A stretch of 64,000 nucleotides of DNA from the human T2T-CHM13v2.0 reference genome, Homo sapiens: NCBI RefSeq assembly GCF_009914755.1, contig NC_060937.1, one strand, 5' to 3'. Both the position numbers and the translations under genes were made by a program. The notes beneath the pieces are model-generated. The model was not told the DNA's origin and ran no database searches. It saw only the letters and a list, made by a program, of their open reading frames with translations. Shown piece after piece: positions 56,750 to 64,000 of this stretch (position 1 is the first letter of the stretch; each line of letters starts with the position of its first letter).

Positions 56750-58440
56750 CATTTTTTTTTCTTTGAGCAGTGGTTATGTGCCACTGTTTTCCAATTCCAT
56801 TGTCTCTGATGAGAAGTAACTTGTAATTCAAATCAATGTACTCTGGTATGTAATGTGTCATTTTTCTCTCATTGCTTTTCAAGATTTTCTGGTTATACTT
56901 AGTTTTCAGTGGTATGACTGATTTCCAACATACCATTTTCTTTGCATTTATTCTGCTTGGTATTTGCTGGTCTTCTTGAATCTCTGAATGTGTTTTCCTC
57001 CATTGTGGAGGAAATTTTGGCTATTATTTTATCAAATATTATTTTCTGTCCTACTCTTTTTCTGGGTCACCAATTGTTATCCAGTAATGTTAGCTATTTT
57101 AATGTTTTCCCGTAGGTCCCTAAGGTTCACTTTTGTCAATCTCTTATCTTTCTGTTCATTAGATTGAATAATTTCTATTGATCTGTCTTCAGGGTCAATG
57201 ACTTGCTTCTGGTCGTCTCTTCAGCTGTTAGTCTTATCTGGTGAAATTTTTCATTTTAGCCACTTTATTTTTCAGTTCTTGGGTTTGGTTCTTATTTTTT
57301 GTTCATTTTTTATGGTTTGTATTTCTCTGCTGAGATTTTCTTTCATTATTATCATGAGCATATTTTCCTTTCCATACCTAGATATTGGAATGATAGCTGC
57401 TTTGAAATGCTTGCTTGTTAATTAGGATCACTGGAACATCTTGGAGTCTCTCTTGATTGTCTTTTCTCCTGGGAAGTGGCCACTTTCTCCTGGTTCTTTT
57501 ATGTCAAGCAATTTGGATTATATCCTGGACATTATAAATGATAAGTTGTGGAAACTCACAATTGTTATGTTTTGTCAAAAAGTGTTTTTTGTTTGTTTTG
57601 TTAAAACAGGCATTTAGGCTGGGCGCAGTGGCTCATGCCTGTAATCCCATCATGTTGGGAGGCAAGGTGGGCAGATTACTTGAGGCCAGGAGTTCGAGAC
57701 CAGCCTGGCCAACATGGTGAAACCCTGTCTCTACTAAAAATACAAAAATGAGCTGGGCGTGGTGGTGCACGCCTGTAATTCTAGCTACTTGGGAGGCTGA
57801 GGCACAAGAATTGCTTGAACACTGGAGGTGCAGGCTGCAGTGAGCCAAGATTGCGCCACTACACCCCAGCCTGGGTGATAGAGTGAGACTCTGTCTCGAA
57901 AAAGAACCAAAAAACAAAAAACAAAACCAGGCAGTTAATTTACCTGGACTCAAACTGCAAATTCTGTTTTCTCTGTAGTGGTGGCAGTTTAAATCTCAGG
58001 TCAGGTCTTTTTGCCTTCACTGGTATGCTTGGAGTAAGCCTGCACCTGTGGTTCAGGGGCCATCTAGAAATTTGGGAGTTTTTATATTTTCTCTCTTTAG
58101 TTCTGGCTTGCCTGAAATTTCTGCCTTACTTTCCAGTGACTGTGGCTGTCCTGAACTCTGTCCTCTTATTTCTGAAGGCAGGTGAGACAGTGAGTTTTCC
58201 ATGAGAATTTTAGCCACTTAACATGCACAGACCAGGGCCTGTCTTCAGGCAATACAAACTAGATGCTCATTTAGTGCAGTTCCTTCTTCCACATGTCAAC
58301 TCACTTCCAGTAAATGCCTGCTTTCAGCTACTCTCCAGTACCCTCAGAAATTTTTTTTTTATACATTAGTCCCAAGTTTGTAGTTTTTATCTGTAGAAGG
58401 TTGGTCTAATGGGAGCTACTTGACCATCCCAGAAGTAGAA
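56750..58440 (-). mobile_element. Old L1M 5'/ORF1-region remnant interrupted by an Alu
   Basis: TGTCTCTGATGAGAAGT...AATTTCTATTGATCTGTCTTCAGG, typical of L1MD/ME ORF1 in reverse. Confidence 0.65.
57617..57927 (+). mobile_element. AluS
   Basis: Alu consensus flanked by AAAAC(C)AGGCA. Confidence 0.95.
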
Positions 58441-60026
58441 TTGTGATATTGACTTGACATTATGAAGTGACAAAGAGAGATCATAGAAAAACAACTTGGC
58501 TATATCAGGGACAGGGAGCTAAGGGGGATGAATTTGATTTCGGTCATGTTGAATATTTTGTTAGCTAAGGTGGGGATACCACCAAGTGGTAGATTTTGAA
58601 GTAAGAATTGTAGAGGTGAGGTTTGTGCTGACGTTAGAGGTTTCAGACTGCTAAGCGGGCAGATGATGCCTGAGATCATGAGAGTAGATGAGCAAGGAGG
58701 AATATTTTGACTGAGAGGATTGGCCTGAATTTATAACCCTGAGGAACAGTCATGTCTAAGAGGTCAGCACAGCAAGGGAAACCCAGGAAAAAGATTCCAA
58801 AGTAAGTGCAGTAACCAGTAAGAAAAAATTGTTACCAAAACCAAAGTAAGTGGTCAGTGGTTCTTAAGCTGGAATCTATTGACCTGATTTTTCCAGGATT
58901 ATGTTTCAGAGAGTTTCTGAACCCTCTGCATTGTGAGTGTGTGTGTAAGAGAGATTTCTGGGGAGAAGTCTCATAGCATTCATCGTACTTCCAGAAAACG
59001 TTGTGACCTACAAATAGTTAAATATTAAAATAGTATCAAACTAACAGTTCAGAAAAGTGACCCCCCCGCCGCCCCGCCAAATCTGTATGTTATCCGCAAA
59101 TTAGGATTCCCTAGTGGCCTAGAGCAATTTCAGAGTGAAGGTGGAAGACAAGCTGGAGTTCACTGAGAAGTAAATCGGAGATGCGAAGGTATGAGAGTAT
59201 AGAATTCTCTTTCAGGAAGTCTGGGTGATAAGGCAAGGAGAGATTGCATGATAGAGGGGAATAAAATGAAGTGAATAGCATAGCAATGCCCGCCTAGCCT
59301 CATCTGTTGCAGGCCACTTGATATACTATACCCTTTGTGCTTATGTACTGAGTTGTTTTAGTTGGTGAAAGCTGCTCTGTTGTAAATTCTAGAGGCTCTG
59401 TGGGCTGGCATGCATGCATTCATAGCTTTTGATTGCAAGAGGTTATGAGCTCCATGAGAATAGGGACTTATTTTTCCCTTTATTTTTGGTTTTATTTCCC
59501 TATAGCAGCTTTTATTGTTACTCTGCACATTGTAAAGACTTAATGTGGCTCACTGGCAGAGGTTTCAGGATATGGGATAGGGACATGATCTGGTGGAAAC
59601 TGTGGTCCCAGTGCCAAGGGTGTAGAGAACATCTCTGGTCCAAGGTTTCCCTTACAGCTATGCCTGCTTATTCTGAGGTCCCTGGAGGGTTTGCAAGTTG
59701 CTATAACCTTCCCAACACTTGCCTTTTATAGGCCCTTATAACAGAGAAAGGCCCTAAACTTTGTGCAGGAGTTGCAGGGAACTATGAAATACATACACCT
59801 CTCTCCTCCTCCCTGCCTTTTGGCCTCTTTGCTTAATAGGAGAGAACTTCGATTGTTGGGAAGATGCTAGGGTGAATTAGTATGGGAATCAGAAAAGTAT
59901 GCTGAAGTAGGGGAAGTTCAGATTTTATAGTTCCTGAACACATCCTCATGTCCTTAAAGTTGCAGAACATCTATTGTGGCTCATTCCTATTGCTTCTTTT
60001 ATTTTCTGCCACTGAGAAGGAGTGTA

Positions 60027-61209
60027 CAGGCATGTGTAACTAAATGATGGGGATACCCTTCTGCGAAATGTGTCATATAGGCTATTTTGTCATTGTGTAA
60101 CATCGTAGAGTGTACTTACACAAACATAGATGGTGTAGCCTATCAAACACATAGGCTATATAGTGTAGCTTATTGCTCCTAGGCTACAAACCTGTGCTGC
60201 ATGTTATTGTGTTGAATACTGTAGATAATTGTAACACAATGGTATTTGTGTATTTAAACATATCTAAACATAGAAAAGGTACAGTAGAAATATGGTATAA
60301 AAGATAAGAAATGCTACATTTGTATAGGGCACTCACCATGAATGGAGCTTGCAGGACCGGAAGTTGCTCTGGGTGAATCAATAAGTCAGTGGTGACTAAA
60401 TGTAAAGGCCTAGGACATTACTGTACACTGCTGCAGAGTTTATAAACACTGTATACTTACACTATACTAAATTTATAAAAAATGATTTTTGTTGCTTCAA
60501 TAAACTTGGCTCACTGTAACTTTTTTATTTTAATATCCAATTTTTTAAACTTTTTGACTCTTGTAATGACACTTAAAAACACATTGGCCAGCTGTACAAA
60601 AATATTTTCTTTCTCTATATTCTTATTCTATACCTTTTTTTTTTAATGTTTAAAACTTTTTTTTTTTTTTTTTACTATTTAAACTTTCTTGTTAAAAACC
60701 AAGACACAAACACCAGGATTAGCCTAGGTCTACCCAGGGTTAGGATCATCGATATCACTGTCTTCTACCTCCACGTCTTGTCCCACTGGAAGGCCCTCAG
60801 GGGCAATAGCACACATGAAGCTGTCGTCTCCTATGACACCAATGCCTTCTTCTGGAATACCTCCTGAGGGACTGGCCTGACACTGTTTTACAGTTAACCT
60901 TTTTTTTTTTTAATAAGTACATTCTAAAACTATGATAAACAGTATAGTAACATAACTATTATCATTATCAAATATTGTATCCTGTACATAACTGTTCATG
61001 CTATACATTTATACTACTGGCAGCATAGTAGGTTCATTTACACCAGAATCACCACAAACACATAATGCATTGCACTATGATAGTGTGATTGCTGCGATAT
61101 CACTAGATAGAAGATGGGAAATTTTCAGCTCCCTTGTAGTCTCATGAGTCCACCATCATATTTGCAGTCAGTGGTTTTGACCAGAACATCTTTATCCGGC
61201 GTGTGATTA
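60027..61209. mobile_element. Tigger3b-like DNA transposon
   Basis: AGAGTGTACTTACACAAAC...GCTCCTAGGCTACAAACCTGT...ACCATGAATGGAGCTTGCAGGAC, ~1.2 kb. Confidence 0.85.
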
Positions 61210-61716
61210 CTTTTCTGTCTCCCAGTGTCCCCTTCTCTCCCAAGCCAGTTAACAAACCTTCCTGTTCCTTCTAGCCCTCATGAAGCTGCCATTTGTCACT
61301 CTGCTACTCATATCAGGTAATGGTAAAAATCCTTGATTAAAGATGAAATGAGAGCTAATTCTCCAACAACATTCACGTCTTACAATAGAAATTTGTTTAA
61401 AAAAATGAATCCATAGTTGGTTGAATTTATATTAAAGACATTTTGGATCCTGCCCTTCTCAGGTGCTTTGCCAAGGAGTAAAATATCTCAGGTCATCTCT
61501 GGAGCTCAAGTTCCATAGCCAGCCTGTTGCCTGTCTCCCCTTCTCTAAAGGCTCTGCATCATCCCGAGTTGTCACTGCTTGGTGAGAAAGTACAGGTCAA
61601 CTGTGCATGGTAAATAAAAAAAATCTTCAGAGGGCTTCTGAAGTTTTGAATGCTTTGGATATTCTTCATATTTCATACATTGCTTAATTTTTAAAAATAC
61701 AAATAGAAACACAATA

Positions 61717-61836
61717 CAGTCGACCCTCAGCATGCCTGGAGGATTGGCATCAGGACTCCCTGCAGATACCAACATCCCTGGATGTTCAAGTTCCTTATAT
61801 AAGATTGTTAAACCTGCAGATACAGAGAGCCGGCTG
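61717..61836. mobile_element. Internally deleted MER2
   Basis: Both termini (CAGTCGACCCTC / GAGAGCCGGCTG) flanked by TA, 120 bp. Confidence 0.75.
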
Positions 61837-61873
61837 TATGCACACTCTTGTGTCCCTTGGTTTTGTTACTTGA

Positions 61874-62204
<331 letters not shown>

Positions 62205-62959
62205 TAGAATTCATTTAACTTGTCCTCTTTTGCTATTTGCCCTTTTCCCTAATATTTGTAATTATAAGCAATGCTTTGGTTTGTAACACTGGGCACAGGT
62301 TGTTTTGCATGTGTGCGGTTCCAACAGTAGGGTAACTCCCAGCTGCTCAGTTGTTGCTTTGCCACTCTAGATGCTTGGCCAGTTTCTACTCCCATCAGCC
62401 TCACATGAAAAGTTCTGTTACCCCATTCTTGTTCTGTCCACCAAAGATGAAAATGATATCTCATACTTTTGATTTTATATTTATCTGATAAGTGGTTAAT
62501 ATGTCTAAATATAATTTGTGTCTTTTCTGTTAACTATGTTCTCTTCCCTTCTTTTGTAGGAGCTCTTTCCTTATAGAAATTGGCTCTTTGCCTAATAGGT
62601 GACTTGATATGTGTGTGTGTGTCAGTTTGTGTTTTGTTTTCTATGAAAAACTTAAAAACTTTTTATCTAGTTGAGTTTATTTTTTCTTTTATGATTTCTG
62701 GGTTTTGTATTACAAAAATTTTTCTCATTCCTAGAGTACAAAAATTATCCTAGTTTCTTTAGGTTATTTTGTGGATTCACATGCTTTAAAATCATCCATC
62801 TATCTGGAATAATTTAAGTGTGAGGCATGAGCAACGGGTCTATTTTAACTGTTGAGAAGTCTTAGGATTTGTCTTGATAGACAACCACCCAGGTGAATTC
62901 ACCTTTTTTTTCATGATCTACTGGGCAGATACTACAAATCATCTACTTGATACTCTCAT

Positions 62960-63370
62960 TGCTTTCCATCTGAACCTTGACATTTATGAGAATGTTAGTA
63001 AATCCAGATGAAAATATGTGTCTTCCCAGACACCCTTGCTGCTTGGGGTGGCCATGTGTCCCAGAGGACCACTGAGTGTATCTTCCAGGAGAGCTATTGC
63101 CTTGCCGGTAAAGAGGGACAGGCTGCTGGCATAACCCTTTAATCTTACCCTTTCTCTCTTTTCCTATTTGGATGAGGGTGTGAGGAGCAGATGTCCAACA
63201 GCTACCTTGCAACCCTGAGGCAACAAAGCATGCAGATAAAGGCCATTATACTGAGGATGGACCTGGGACCCTGAGGACATTTTGGGACTGGTCTTTAGCT
63301 GTGGATTTCTTGCTGCTTAGAACAAAATCATCTTCAAGCCACTTTTAACTAGGTTTTCAATTATTTTCTC
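62960..63370. mobile_element. Old MLT1 (J/K-like) LTR
   Basis: CTTCCCAGACACCCTTGCTG...CAGCTACCTTGCAACCCTGAGGC...AAGCCACTTTTAACTAGGTTTTC. Confidence 0.65.
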
Positions 63371-64000
63371 ACCTTATGTGTCCATAAAGGATGTACCATC
63401 TTTATTATATACTGTTTATACTGTAATTTAAAAAGTATTTTTTTCTGATTATGAAGGAAATAATGCTTATTGAGAAAAATCCAGAATTGGCTGAAAAGCA
63501 TACAGAAAAATAATAGCCACTCATAATCTTGTAACTGTTACAACCAGTTTTGTATGTATGTTTTAAAGCTTTGACATCTTTTTCTGTGATCTCAGTTTAT
63601 TTGCTATTATAGTTAGCTGTTTCTTAAATATACTGAAGGACTCACTGGTAAATCAAACTAACTGAGGAATTTAAATCATAGTTCTAGTTTCTTCTTTGGC
63701 TTTTAGTCATTTTAAACTTTCAACTGAATTTTTTCAGAAATAAAAACTTTCTCTCAAAGTGGTGTATTCATTATCAAGTCACAATTTCATAAATTTGAAT
63801 ACATGACTTAATGTCCATTTATTCCTTGGAATATTTGTTTGCAAATTTAAATAGAGAACAATAGAAGACAGTGACTTTAACAAAACTTACATTTGTACTC
63901 TTAAAGAAAACAATGCTTAAACACATCTGAAATGAACAATATTGTGGATCAGTGTTTCTAGCTTCCAAAAGTATATTGACTGACTCCAGTTTAGGAAACA

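Overview
This is human/primate genomic DNA, repeat-rich, and recognisable as the 5' end of LMO7 (LIM domain only 7) on the + strand. Three coding exons are visible. A distal pair (11343-11517 and 12920-12969) encodes MKKIRICHIF...SKK-DIILRTEQNSGRTILIK. An alternative first coding exon in a CpG island (26275-26343) encodes MEGLEEAEANCSVAFAEAQRWVE. Both routes end in phase 0, and the next shared exon lies beyond the window, so 26344-64000 appears to be intron. The CpG island (~25000-26750) has splice donors on both strands, consistent with a bidirectional LMO7 / LMO7-AS1 promoter. The rest is mostly transposon relics: a near full-length antisense L1MA-type element with an intact 16-bp TSD, about 30 Alus or Alu fragments, MaLR solo LTRs, Tigger/hAT/piggyBac DNA elements, and MIR/L2. 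Nearly all other ORFs in the track are repeat-derived or GC artefacts. I do not see a convincing novel multi-gene system. The most unusual unexplained items are a near-perfect 73/76-bp fold-back fused to an Alu stub (29728-29946), a 504-codon antisense ORF sharing the LMO7 start-codon palindrome, and an intact MER85. Gene and repeat names come from recall of consensus sequences rather than database searches, and repeat boundaries are approximate unless a TSD is quoted.
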